From an uncultured Gammaproteobacteria bacterium (lineage in GTDB: Bacteria > Patescibacteriota > Patescibacteriia > UBA11705), in assembly GCA_964592195.1 (NCBI GenBank), contig CAZQEI010000002.1:77240-141239 (forward strand): DNA of 64,000 nt, given 5' to 3'. The translations under genes were made by a program, and so were the position numbers. Shown here piece after piece: positions 51,583 through 61,220 of this stretch; within the stretch, counting starts at the first letter, position 1; the number at the start of each line of letters is the position of its first letter. The notes under the pieces were generated by a model. The model was not told where the DNA came from. It saw nothing but the letters and a program-made list of their open reading frames with translations, and ran no database searches.

Positions 51583-51611
51583 TTGACAAAGACGGTGGAA
51601 TTAAATAAGAT
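51583..51611 (+). promoter_or_regulatory. sigma70-type promoter
   Basis: TTGACA-17 nt-TAAGAT. Confidence 0.65.
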
Positions 51612-51660
51612 AAAGCCAAGTTCTTTAGCAACCAATAACCACAAACCAAAGGAGATCTTC

Positions 51661-52230
51661 ATGAGTGATGAAGGAAAACAAGAAAAACATACATTATCCA
51701 TTGCCCAAATATTTCAGTTCGAAGGTGCTTCTCGATTGAAAAATCCAAGATCAAATAAACAAGAAGCGGCTAACGTGTTGAAAATTGGGAAAGAAATCAA
51801 GCGACGCCAACGATTGGCGGAAAAGATTTCTAAACGAATTGAAAGAATGACCAGATCGCTACGCAATGAATTGTTCGAAGTGCAACAAGATATTGCCAAG
51901 TTGAATCAGCTTCAAATGTTAGCCACGAAAAAAACGTTCGCGACTTTTAAGGAACTACTCGAAGCTTGTTTCCCGGAGCATACGATCGTTCAAGATGGCG
52001 CAAGCTACTACGCCGATGAAGTAAAGCCAGAAAATTTTATTGCCAAGGATGAAAAAAATTACTTCATGAATTTCACTTATCACTACTGTCCGCATTGCGG
52101 TTATGTAGTGGGAGCGGCGAGGGAACAAAAGTTTGATGATATCGAATTACTGTCCGGCAGTGCTGGAAAACATTATTTTTGCAGTTTGTGTGATAGACAA
52201 ATTCACACTGAGACGTTTGTTCAAAGTTAA
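51661..52230 (+). CDS. coiled-coil/Zn-ribbon hypothetical protein (SD-led)
   Basis: AAGGAG before MSDEG; CPHC...CSLC; terminator at 52240-52262. Confidence 0.7.
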   Translation: MSDEGKQEKHTLSIAQIFQFEGASRLKNPRSNKQEAANVLKIGKEIKRRQRLAEKISKRIERMTRSLRNELFEVQQDIAKLNQLQMLATKKTFATFKELLEACFPEHTIVQDGASYYADEVKPENFIAKDEKNYFMNFTYHYCPHCGYVVGAAREQKFDDIELLSGSAGKHYFCSLCDRQIHTETFVQS

Positions 52231-52413
52231 AAAATAATTCTAGGGGAAAACCCTAGTTTTTTATTACCAATATACTGATTAATTACCCCGAAGGTGGCCA
52301 TTTGGGACTGATTTTACACCTGCCGACAGGCAAGGATTGTTCCGGATATTTAAAATTAAATTAATACAGAACTGCAAAAAAACAAAAAACAGGAGTAATA
52401 TCCTGTTGTTTAA

Positions 52414-52992
52414 TTATACCGGGAACCACTGATTCATCTTGCGAGCAATAGCGCACAAATTTTGTAAGACAACTTCTTTCTCGTTGATCAATTGGAATCT
52501 GATTTTGTAATCACCTTCTTCGATCAGCTCACCACCTTCGATTAATGGCACTGCAAATCGTCTTAAATAATTCATATCACCGCAAAACCGACGATGATAA
52601 TTAATGACTTTCGGACTCTCAGTCAAGCTCATTAATTCTATAGATACATTGATAGTCAGTGTATGTATCAGTTTTCTCTCATCTGTTTCAGCCTTCACTT
52701 CAACAATAATTATTTTGCCCAGCAAATCAACATAGTCGGTATATTGCTGGCATCCAAGATCTTCGGCCGAATAAATAGCGGGAAAACCAAATTCGTTATC
52801 ACACAAATAACGTTTATCGAAATCTTGAAGAGTGTAAAAACCCAAATGTCCGACTACAAATCGCTGTTCAAAAAATTTTACCAATTCAGCGACATCAACC
52901 GGACAATAATGTTCGTGGGAAATACAAACATTTTCATCCTCAAATGTCATGTCGCACTTATTACAGAGGTGGACGACCTTTTTATTGGGCAT
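52414..52992 (-). CDS. hypothetical protein with N-terminal C2HC-type Zn finger
   Basis: CNKC..TF....C..HE..C; AAAGGA SD; terminator at ~52385-52408. Confidence 0.7.
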   Translation of the reverse strand: MPNKKVVHLCNKCDMTFEDENVCISHEHYCPVDVAELVKFFEQRFVVGHLGFYTLQDFDKRYLCDNEFGFPAIYSAEDLGCQQYTDYVDLLGKIIIVEVKAETDERKLIHTLTINVSIELMSLTESPKVINYHRRFCGDMNYLRRFAVPLIEGGELIEEGDYKIRFQLINEKEVVLQNLCAIARKMNQWFPV

Positions 52993-53219
52993 GGTTTATG
53001 TCCTTTGTTAATGAGCAAGGGTATCTTATAGTTAAAAAAACAAAAAAGCAAGAAAACAAGAAAGCAAAAAAATAAAAAAACAATACAGGGCTACCGATGC
53101 TACTGATATTTATTTGAGATTGCCACGTCCCGCTTTGCGGGACTCGCAAAAGAGTGAAAATAGGAAAATACACCCCTTGGAATAATAAAAAAAATCCCGA
53201 GATTATCGGGATGATTTAA

Positions 53220-53999
53220 TTAGAGCAATTGATGGGACAAAGGAACGTAGGTAAGAACGAGGAAACAGTTGGTCATTTTGAATTCTTCATTGGAGAAAAT
53301 GTTGGGATTATCAATCAATGCTTGATTGGTTTCGTTTCGGAAGTGATGTTCGTCAGCATAAATATCATGAGCCACGATCTTTTTCCAATTGTCATTGATT
53401 AAAGTATTGGCCATAACACTAAACACTCGAGCAAAAGATTCAACCTTATCACCCAGACTCTCTTCAATCATTTGTTCAAGGTTGCCTGAGGCAACCTCAA
53501 ACTTTGCTTCCAAAGCAATATCCACTCCCCTATTTTCAATCACAATTCTACCCAGAGAAACGTTGCAATTGAAACTGGAAGACAACGAAATCGTTTCGGA
53601 AATCAAGTTTTGATCAACAATAGTACCTTCTTCATACAAATAGACCAATCGTTTATGCGAATCGATAATACCAACTCGAGTCTTGTTTTCATCTTCGAAC
53701 TTCAATGCCACTAACTTATAAGTACACCCAATGAGAAACATGGCTGTAAACACTACGGCAACAACACTGATTATGATAAAGACAGACGAGGACGCAAAGG
53801 CAAAAAATGAAATATATCTGGACAACCTCAAGATTAAGACAATAACCCATACCAGGATGACCCAGACTATCAGTTTTGGCATATACTTCTCAAATATATT
53901 CCCCGCATGAGTGGAACGAGAAAGCTGAGTATATATTTCAGCCGCTTTAACTTCCGTCACCGGTTCATAACTTCCGATAGCTACGATGGTATCAGGCAT
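53220..53999 (-). CDS. two-TM hypothetical membrane protein (SD-led)
   Basis: AAGGAGG before MPDTI; terminator at ~53187-53212. Confidence 0.7.
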   Translation of the reverse strand: MPDTIVAIGSYEPVTEVKAAEIYTQLSRSTHAGNIFEKYMPKLIVWVILVWVIVLILRLSRYISFFAFASSSVFIIISVVAVVFTAMFLIGCTYKLVALKFEDENKTRVGIIDSHKRLVYLYEEGTIVDQNLISETISLSSSFNCNVSLGRIVIENRGVDIALEAKFEVASGNLEQMIEESLGDKVESFARVFSVMANTLINDNWKKIVAHDIYADEHHFRNETNQALIDNPNIFSNEEFKMTNCFLVLTYVPLSHQLL

Positions 54000-54714
54000 G
54001 CGAGCCTCCTTTTTCCTGTGATTCAATTTTCTTCAAAGTGAGAACCATCCCCTTCTGACTCAGACATTCGAAAATGCGACGGCTCAGATTGTTCTGCTTA
54101 TCGAAATATTCCTGGTCAAAATTAGCCGACTTCACTCTCTCCACCGATAATGAGTGAATGGCTTTCATGTCCGCCAACAGATCATCGGGAAAGAATCCTT
54201 CAGTATTCTTCAGATGATTAAAATCATACAAGTGATTAAAAACCGAATACATAATTGAAGTAATCAGATGTTCCTGGCTTTCAACATTAGCACGAATTAC
54301 ATCAGTAGCATTTGCCATTCTACACGGGATAATTGGTACCTGAATTTTCTGACCCGGCTCAAACAAACAGGCGGGAATAATCTGACCCAAGAACAAATGT
54401 TTATCTTGCAACTGACTCAAAAAACCCAGAATTGCTTCATGAAGCTCTGCTTCACTCGGATATCTAATTAACTGAATAAATAGATCACACATTCCGCTAT
54501 GAGGATCGCTAGGATAAGTTTTGTAGCCAATAGTTCCCACTTGATCGCCATCAGCATCGACAACAATCGCGCGATGATTCTTTTCCCGGTCATAATCATG
54601 CATGTCTGCCAGAGCAAACCAATCCAAGGCATCGAATGGGATACCTGCGAGCTCAAATAGTGTTAACCCATTTTTTTCAATGACTTTGATCTCGACATGA
54701 CCAAGGTCGGGCAT
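53992..54714 (-). CDS. hypothetical protein (SD-led)
   Basis: CAGGAG SD; overlaps the next gene by 8 nt. Confidence 0.7.
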   Translation of the reverse strand: MPDLGHVEIKVIEKNGLTLFELAGIPFDALDWFALADMHDYDREKNHRAIVVDADGDQVGTIGYKTYPSDPHSGMCDLFIQLIRYPSEAELHEAILGFLSQLQDKHLFLGQIIPACLFEPGQKIQVPIIPCRMANATDVIRANVESQEHLITSIMYSVFNHLYDFNHLKNTEGFFPDDLLADMKAIHSLSVERVKSANFDQEYFDKQNNLSRRIFECLSQKGMVLTLKKIESQEKGGSHA

Positions 54715-54929
54715 GGGGGTCTCCTGTTGATGGGTTTTGGTAACTGGGTGCTGGAAGCGAGAGAAAGAAAGCCCGCCAGAGGCGGATCAGCCTCCGGCTG
54801 ACAAGAAAACAAATAACTGATTGTCAAAGGACTGATGAATTTAACATATTTGATAGGGAAAGTCAAAAAGAAATAGCGAACAGCGATTAGCGGTAAGCGC
54901 ATAGGGTTGAAAACTAGCAAGGATAGCAG

Positions 54930-54976
54930 TGTCGCCCTTCGAGGGTTTGCTCATCGCAAACCACCTCAGGGTGACA
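54930..54976. repeat. TGTCGCCC...GGGTGACA long hairpin element (second copy 56963-57013)
   Basis: Two related imperfect palindromes with different inner loops. Confidence 0.8.
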
Positions 54977-54984
54977 TTATATAA

Positions 54985-55013
54985 TTGACAATAAGGCAAA
55001 GGTATATTAATAT
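54985..55013 (+). promoter_or_regulatory. sigma70-type promoter
   Basis: TTGACA-17 nt-TAATAT. Confidence 0.65.
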
Positions 55014-55081
55014 GCAATATTGCCTGTAAATTGACAAATGAACCAACAACAACAACGCCGTGAAGGCGTGGAGGAGGTCGC

Positions 55082-55963
55082 ATGAGTCCACGATTTGCGA
55101 TTACGACGGACGTACACTTGGATCGAGAGGTTATTGATGTTTTGACGACCAAACCTGAAGAGGTGTCATTTGAAACACTTTTGGCTAAGGCGAATGAAGT
55201 ACTGACCAGTTTATTGAAGAGTCATGCGTTCAAAGAATATCTCAAAACTTGTGAAAAAGGGCAACAATCTAATGATGTGAATTTATTTCTCGATGGTTGG
55301 GGAAATAGAATGGTGATTCGTGATGACCAAATACAAATCTTTAAAGCTGGGAAAATTTTACCACTGAAGACAGAGGCAGATCTTATCGATTTTGAAGACA
55401 CCGCTGATCTACTCATTGCCTTGCGACAACTGCAAACAGTCAGTACCTTTATTCGACGTGTTCAATTTTGTGGCCATGGCGTATTAAACATGAGGATGGT
55501 TGAAAGTTGGAAAAAGGAAATGTTTAGGAATGGTGAGATTCGGATTGCCGGAGTTAGTATGAACACTAGTAGTGTTAACAATGTATCTCATGAACTAATG
55601 CACCGATTGCATAAAATGCAGTTCACGCCCAGCATGGCGAGTTATAATACTATTTCCATTGATGACCAACATTCGCTACTTAATTTCGTCAAATACGCTG
55701 AGGATAAAAATATTCCCTACTTAGTAATCTTTGACCTGTGGCCGAGCGATGCCTTGGCTATCAATATGTTGTTCAATCGTTTTTCTGATTCGCAACGAAG
55801 ACATGTTTTTGCATTGTATCACCTCACTAAAGAGACGGTAAAGCAAGATGGTTATGACCCGGAGCTGGTAAACAAGGTTAACATCGACGATCTCGTTGGT
55901 TGGGATAATAATCATTTGTTGGGTCTGGTGGAAGAAATGAACCCCGAAAAGCAGGAGGGTTAA
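55082..55963 (+). CDS. hypothetical protein (paralog of the next gene; SD-led)
   Basis: GGAGGAGGT SD; shares KANEV and Y++.FD..PS.A motifs with 55964. Confidence 0.7.
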   Translation: MSPRFAITTDVHLDREVIDVLTTKPEEVSFETLLAKANEVLTSLLKSHAFKEYLKTCEKGQQSNDVNLFLDGWGNRMVIRDDQIQIFKAGKILPLKTEADLIDFEDTADLLIALRQLQTVSTFIRRVQFCGHGVLNMRMVESWKKEMFRNGEIRIAGVSMNTSSVNNVSHELMHRLHKMQFTPSMASYNTISIDDQHSLLNFVKYAEDKNIPYLVIFDLWPSDALAINMLFNRFSDSQRRHVFALYHLTKETVKQDGYDPELVNKVNIDDLVGWDNNHLLGLVEEMNPEKQEG

Positions 55964-56857
55964 ATGAGCCGACCGAAAATTCAACAAACAACTGATGTTG
56001 TGATCGACAATGTTTTGCGAGAAATTCTTTTTCCGAAAAAGCAAAACAGAGAACCGCAATCATTACTACGTCTATGGTTTAAGGCAAATGAAGTTTTTGG
56101 AAAACTAACAAACAGCAAATTTTTCGTTCAAATCCTGGAAAATTGTCGACAATCTCTAGAATCTGATGACATAAGAATTTGTTTGGAAGAACCATACGGT
56201 GTAAATATTACTATCAAAAATACTTTGGAATTGATCCATTGGCCTGAATTGACTTGTCCGTTTATTACAATTACGGATCTTTCAACGATTAAAGAGTTTG
56301 AACACATTGATTCCCTATGTAAGCTTCTGGAGCAATGGCAAACAACTGAAAGTTTCTTCAGATATTTCTGCAATATGTTCATTCCCAGAATTGATTTTAC
56401 TGAAGATGATATGTTGAATGAAGCGATAGTCAATGGGGTAATTCATGTGATTACTATTTACCCTAAAGAGGAAAGCCCTCAAATTAAATCTAGAGTTTGG
56501 GAATTGATTGATAGGCTTAAGGCATTGCAATTCAAGGTTTTTGATCGGGGAATCTTTACCTCAGTTTCCACACCGGAAGTTTTCAAAGCTTTTGTTAACG
56601 AGATTAAAGCAGCAGGACATAATTATATAATCGTTTTTGACACAACGCCGTCTGGCGCGAAGGAACTCAATCCGTATTGCAATGCCCTCGAGGAAGCTAA
56701 GGATATTCTCCATATGATTTGTCACTGGGGAGATAAAGAGCCAAACCGAAACTGTGGCTATCCTAAATGGTTAGTGACTGGTCCGGATCTCAAAAAGATT
56801 CTCTTTATGAATGATTTTGAATATAGTCTGTTCATTGAAGATATGGACAAACCGTAA
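55964..56857 (+). CDS. hypothetical protein (SD-led)
   Basis: AGGAGG SD, abuts the upstream stop; terminator at 56863-56888. Confidence 0.7.
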   Translation: MSRPKIQQTTDVVIDNVLREILFPKKQNREPQSLLRLWFKANEVFGKLTNSKFFVQILENCRQSLESDDIRICLEEPYGVNITIKNTLELIHWPELTCPFITITDLSTIKEFEHIDSLCKLLEQWQTTESFFRYFCNMFIPRIDFTEDDMLNEAIVNGVIHVITIYPKEESPQIKSRVWELIDRLKALQFKVFDRGIFTSVSTPEVFKAFVNEIKAAGHNYIIVFDTTPSGAKELNPYCNALEEAKDILHMICHWGDKEPNRNCGYPKWLVTGPDLKKILFMNDFEYSLFIEDMDKP

Positions 56858-57022
56858 AAATTTAACAGCTGGAAATCGGCTGTTTTTTCATTACGGATAT
56901 ACGGATTTGTTACCGATATTACCGATTTTACTGATTACTGAGGTGGGAGCGATGGATGGGATTGTCGCCCCTCGAGGGTTTTGTCCTTTGGTCAAAACCA
57001 CCTCGGGGTGACAATTTGCGCA

Positions 57023-57051
57023 TTGACAAAAATGGCAAAATTGGATAAATT
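57023..57051 (+). promoter_or_regulatory. sigma70-type promoter
   Basis: TTGACA-17 nt-TAAATT. Confidence 0.6.
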
Positions 57052-57095
57052 AATTATTACAAACTGTTCTTTCAATCCAACAAAAAGGAGAGAGG

Positions 57096-57920
57096 ATGCG
57101 TAAAAGCGACGCGATAAAGCTGGTGGTTTCTGATTTGGATGGAACGATGGTGGGTGATGGGTTTCCTTTGGAAGCGAACATTGCAGAGCTGTACAGGTTG
57201 AAAAATCTGGGAATCAAAACTACCATTGCCACCGGTCGTCCCTTCCCTATCGCGATAAAAGCGTTCAACACTGATTGTCTCACTGGCCCGTTAATTCTGG
57301 ATAATGGAGCACTGATTACTGAACTGGATGGTCAACCAATTTACTACAAAGTGGTGCCGCAACAAACGATTGACTATGTTTTGTCAGTTGCCAATCATCC
57401 GCTAGTTGGGATTGTGGCGTTTGTGCCATTGGACGGGAATCATACTATTCATCAATATGTGGCTGATCGCGATGAAGCGAAAAGAATGAATGAACTTTAC
57501 CATTGGGCGGAAAGAGTCACTACTTATGATTTGAATCAATTGCGTGTTTGGTTAACGACTATGCGAACCAGTAAAGTGGTGGTGGTTTTGCCGAAGCATT
57601 TCCCTGAATTACCAACTCCCCCTGATTCAATTTGCCACTGCAATAGTTTGTTCGGAACGACGAGATGCTATGACATCATGGCTGGAGAAGTTGACAAGGG
57701 TCAAGCAGTCATGAGAATTACAAGTCTCTTGCATTTGGAATTATCTAATGTTGCAGTAATTGGAAATGATCCGAATGACCGTGGCATGTTCAAATTGCCC
57801 CAAGTCAAAAAGATTTTTGTTCGTGGTAGTGCGAATGTGGTGGATGATTTGATGAAGATGGCGGATATTGTAGTTAACCCGATGGAGTTGCCTTACTTGT
57901 TGAGACACCTAAGTCATTGA
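57096..57920 (+). CDS. Cof-type HAD hydrolase (SD-led)
   Basis: DLDGT, ATGR, DNGA, VDKG, GNDPND. Confidence 0.9.
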   Translation: MRKSDAIKLVVSDLDGTMVGDGFPLEANIAELYRLKNLGIKTTIATGRPFPIAIKAFNTDCLTGPLILDNGALITELDGQPIYYKVVPQQTIDYVLSVANHPLVGIVAFVPLDGNHTIHQYVADRDEAKRMNELYHWAERVTTYDLNQLRVWLTTMRTSKVVVVLPKHFPELPTPPDSICHCNSLFGTTRCYDIMAGEVDKGQAVMRITSLLHLELSNVAVIGNDPNDRGMFKLPQVKKIFVRGSANVVDDLMKMADIVVNPMELPYLLRHLSH

Positions 57921-58132
57921 TCAATCGTTGAAATGAAATTCTAAGCACTAAATCCCAAATTCTAAAGTTGGAATATTATTTAAAAAAAACGAAAGCTCAA
58001 AGAACAAAAAACCATCAAACGATGGTCTTTTTATTTATGCAAAAATTTATGATACTAGATCCACCACTGATCAATTACTATTCTTTTCTGGGTCTGGGGT
58101 GAAAGGAATGGATAGGATGGTTTTTAAACAAT

Positions 58133-58534
58133 TTAATTGATCGCTTTCATGGTGTATTGGGCAGTGATTTTTTGGAGTCGGTCGAGATGTTCGTTTTCCA
58201 AATTTTCCAAGGTGGAATAGAAAGATTCGTAGATAACAGTTTTTTGTTTAATATCAAACGGGTCAATTTTACGTAAACTTTTTTGTAATGCTTCATCAGC
58301 CTGAGCTTTGCGATCTTCGATTTCATTTTCCAATTTAACAATTTCATTATCAAAAGCAAGAACCAAATCATTGTATTGTTCACCGCGACGAGAAAGTTCG
58401 TCGGCCAACAGTTCATCAAAACGATGATAAAACTCATCAGTTTCTCCGACACTATTCAACAAACCGACTAATTCAATTTTATCCTTATCATTAAGAAAAG
58501 ATGATTGTATAAGTGTAATTAATTCGTTATTCAT
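58133..58534 (-). CDS. helical hypothetical protein
   Basis: ORF from MNNEL, 4 nt after the upstream stop. Confidence 0.6.
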   Translation of the reverse strand: MNNELITLIQSSFLNDKDKIELVGLLNSVGETDEFYHRFDELLADELSRRGEQYNDLVLAFDNEIVKLENEIEDRKAQADEALQKSLRKIDPFDIKQKTVIYESFYSTLENLENEHLDRLQKITAQYTMKAIN

Positions 58535-58538
58535 ATAA

Positions 58539-59441
58539 TTATCTTTTAGCTGGGTGATGAGTAATTTTACTGTTAGCTCGACGGGATTGAGCCGCATGGT
58601 ATCCACTGGCAGGAATATCATACACAACTAATTTCCCAGCCTTCCAGGCTATCAAACCTAAATATTTAGCAATTCCAGTTGCTACATTTCCAATTAACTT
58701 AAATGGTCTTAATGTATTAAACTGTTTTATTAAATCAATTGGTCCTTTCCAAAAAGTATGTGACAATAAATCCCAACCACTGGTTTTAATATTTTCAACA
58801 GCTGAACTACTCAACTTCATTCTTTCAATTCCCTTTTCATGACATTTCATCAAGTCCGTATATTGCATAATCTTTTGCATATCAGCGGCGATTTCAGGAT
58901 GAGTAGTTAAAATAGTTGGGATGTCGTCTCCATTCGCACTCATTTCTGTTTGCAAACGACCAACTATTTCTTGCATATTAGCAACATCTTGAGAGATTTC
59001 ACTAACTCGCATGTCTAATCGATGAGATTTTTTTGATGATTTATCGAAATCAGGAAACTTATCTCCCATCATGGATTGCATATCTTTTTTCACCCCTGAT
59101 CGATATTTATCATCAATGGTCGGCGGAACAAATGGCCTAAAATCATAACTTAAATGCGGATCATTCTCAAGTCCTTTGACATTATTCTTCCCCATTAATA
59201 ACACTTCTAAATCAACCCTAGTTTGTTTCCACCCCTCCGCCTTCGGACCAAAATATCGTCTAGGCAAATGACCTAAGTCTTCCATAAAAACTCTTTTACC
59301 AGCCTCATCTTCATTTATTCTTAATCTGCGAATATGTTCTTTTTGACGTTTTTCAAAAGAAGCTACTCTGGGAGTAAAAATAGACTTAGCCGCATTAGAA
59401 GCCACTTCACCTACTTTATCTAAAAATCCACCTGGAGCCAT
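58539..59441 (-). CDS. hypothetical protein
   Basis: 300-aa ORF with AT-rich, SD-less leader. Confidence 0.7.
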   Translation of the reverse strand: MAPGGFLDKVGEVASNAAKSIFTPRVASFEKRQKEHIRRLRINEDEAGKRVFMEDLGHLPRRYFGPKAEGWKQTRVDLEVLLMGKNNVKGLENDPHLSYDFRPFVPPTIDDKYRSGVKKDMQSMMGDKFPDFDKSSKKSHRLDMRVSEISQDVANMQEIVGRLQTEMSANGDDIPTILTTHPEIAADMQKIMQYTDLMKCHEKGIERMKLSSSAVENIKTSGWDLLSHTFWKGPIDLIKQFNTLRPFKLIGNVATGIAKYLGLIAWKAGKLVVYDIPASGYHAAQSRRANSKITHHPAKR

Positions 59442-59620
59442 ATTTTTGTATATTAACTATATTTATATTATAACACAATTTTAAGAATAAAGCAAGATTA
59501 GCGATTAAACTTTAGAGAGTTGGAATTATGAATTAAGAATTAAGGGATTAACAACTAAATATCACTGACGATATTATACCATATTTTGATAAAATAAAAA
59601 AATTGCGCAGAATTACGCAA

Positions 59621-59908
59621 TTATTGATAGTCAATTTTCCATTCGAAAACACCTTGGTAGGTGGCGCGCTGGATACACAGTGGGTTAATTGAAAAACCTC
59701 TTTTTACCAAAGCATTCACAATAGCTCCAGCTAAAGTGGCAGATACTCCCCTTTTATAAGCGCAAAAAACCATTCGTTCTTCTAAGGCAGTTAATTCCAA
59801 ACGAACACAACATTCATCATTTTCCAGTAACTGTCTAGTAATTTTTTCTCCAATGTCTACGGTACTTAAATTCAGTAATTTCAACGGGCGACCGTTTAGG
59901 ATGGCCAT
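59621..59908 (-). CDS. small hypothetical protein (SD-led)
   Basis: TAAGGAG SD; terminator-like hairpin at ~59597-59622. Confidence 0.6.
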   Translation of the reverse strand: MAILNGRPLKLLNLSTVDIGEKITRQLLENDECCVRLELTALEERMVFCAYKRGVSATLAGAIVNALVKRGFSINPLCIQRATYQGVFEWKIDYQ

Positions 59909-60116
59909 TCTGTTCTCCTTAGGGTTGTAGTTGAATTACTGATCTACGGATTACTACGGATACTACAGATAAGACATCAAATAAATGAACTAATACGAAT
60001 ATATTAGATTATTATAGCGAGATAAGCAAGTTCCGCAGAGACGGGATCCCGCCTAGCGGGAAAAGCGAGATCAGCGAGATAAGTATTGAATATTATTAAA
60101 ATAAAAAATTATTATC

Positions 60117-60142
60117 AAAAAAGTCCCCAGCGATATGGGGAC
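60117..60142 (-). terminator. repeated terminator GTCCCC...GGGGAC-T6 (also ~61147-61172 and ~63001-63025)
   Basis: Same hairpin and T run after three different minus-strand units. Confidence 0.8.
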
Positions 60143-60172
60143 AGTCTTTCATTTTTAATAAGTCGTATTCAA

Positions 60173-60976
60173 CTAGTTATCTTCACGTTTCTCCAAACCC
60201 TGGATCCTGCCTGTAGGTCGGAAACCACCGCGAAGATCTTCAGACGGTCCTAGATGGTAGCATTTAGGTTCATCTTCACACTCTTCGTTGAGTTCATTCC
60301 AAATCATCTTACCGCGACAGCGACACTCCGCTTTCTTGGTGTCCCAAGTAGCACCTGGGCAACGAGGTTCACACAATTCCCGAGATGTCGACCACTTGGT
60401 AGACGGATCTTTGCAACGAGATTCACACATCAATGATTTCCCGTTAAAAATCTCACTTTGCAAACACTTCGCCGGCCTCGAATAGTCAGCCTTCTTCAAG
60501 TCGATCAGTTCCTGAACAGACAAACAAAGCTTGTATTCAGAGGAAAAGACCTTTCCCTGTTCGCACTCGCAAGAATTGGTCGTCTCTACATATTGCTGCG
60601 CTGCCGGACAAATCTCGTGGCACTTATCATGTTGCCAAGTAAAACCTGCTTTACAAACAGAAACGCAAGATTTGGTTCCCGAATCCCACTTCTTACCTTC
60701 AGTAGAATGGCACAGAGGAATACAAAGATTTACATTATCCTGCATCATATCTGGCCTAAATCCCTCACGACATGTCGGCCGACATTGACCGCTGGAACCG
60801 TGATAAGAATCATTATAAGCATAGTATGTCTGACCTTCAGGACACTTTCTGAGAGATGCACGATAGTCTGAATTCATCTTATTCAGCTCATCCACCACGG
60901 ATCTATCATAGTAATAACCACCAGCGCACTGGCTCATGACCATGAGAGAGACGATCAGGACAAGGTGACGTAGCAT
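60173..60976 (-). CDS. secreted Cys-rich repeat protein (EGF-like C..G..W......C repeats; SD-led)
   Basis: Signal peptide, over 20 Cys in tandem short modules, AAGGAGGT SD. Confidence 0.75.
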   Translation of the reverse strand: MLRHLVLIVSLMVMSQCAGGYYYDRSVVDELNKMNSDYRASLRKCPEGQTYYAYNDSYHGSSGQCRPTCREGFRPDMMQDNVNLCIPLCHSTEGKKWDSGTKSCVSVCKAGFTWQHDKCHEICPAAQQYVETTNSCECEQGKVFSSEYKLCLSVQELIDLKKADYSRPAKCLQSEIFNGKSLMCESRCKDPSTKWSTSRELCEPRCPGATWDTKKAECRCRGKMIWNELNEECEDEPKCYHLGPSEDLRGGFRPTGRIQGLEKREDN

Positions 60977-61039
60977 GGGGACCTCCTTGGCCGTCAGGCC
61001 GTCAGTTGGGGATGTGCCGAGCCTGAGAAACGGAAAACA

Positions 61040-61111
61040 TCACTAAAACACGTTAAATTTTCAAGTTACAAGACACATAATTATAGCACATACTTATAAT
61101 AAAGTCAATCA
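61040..61111 (-). repeat. 72-bp identical promoter/leader block (second copy 62892-62963)
   Basis: Contains TTGACT-17 nt-TATAAT with TG extension (61080-61108; 62932-62960). Confidence 0.92.
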
Positions 61112-61220
61112 TTTTGTATAATATTTTGCTTATTTTAAATGTAAACAAAAAAGTCCCCAGCGATATGGGGACTCCCTTTCAAGGTAGTTAAACAATTAAG
61201 AACAGGATCAGAACGACAAG

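Noticed and set aside
51400-60100. ORFan-rich region as a prophage or integrative element
   Set aside because: No integrase, terminase, capsid or replication genes; orientations are mixed and host-type repeats are interspersed.
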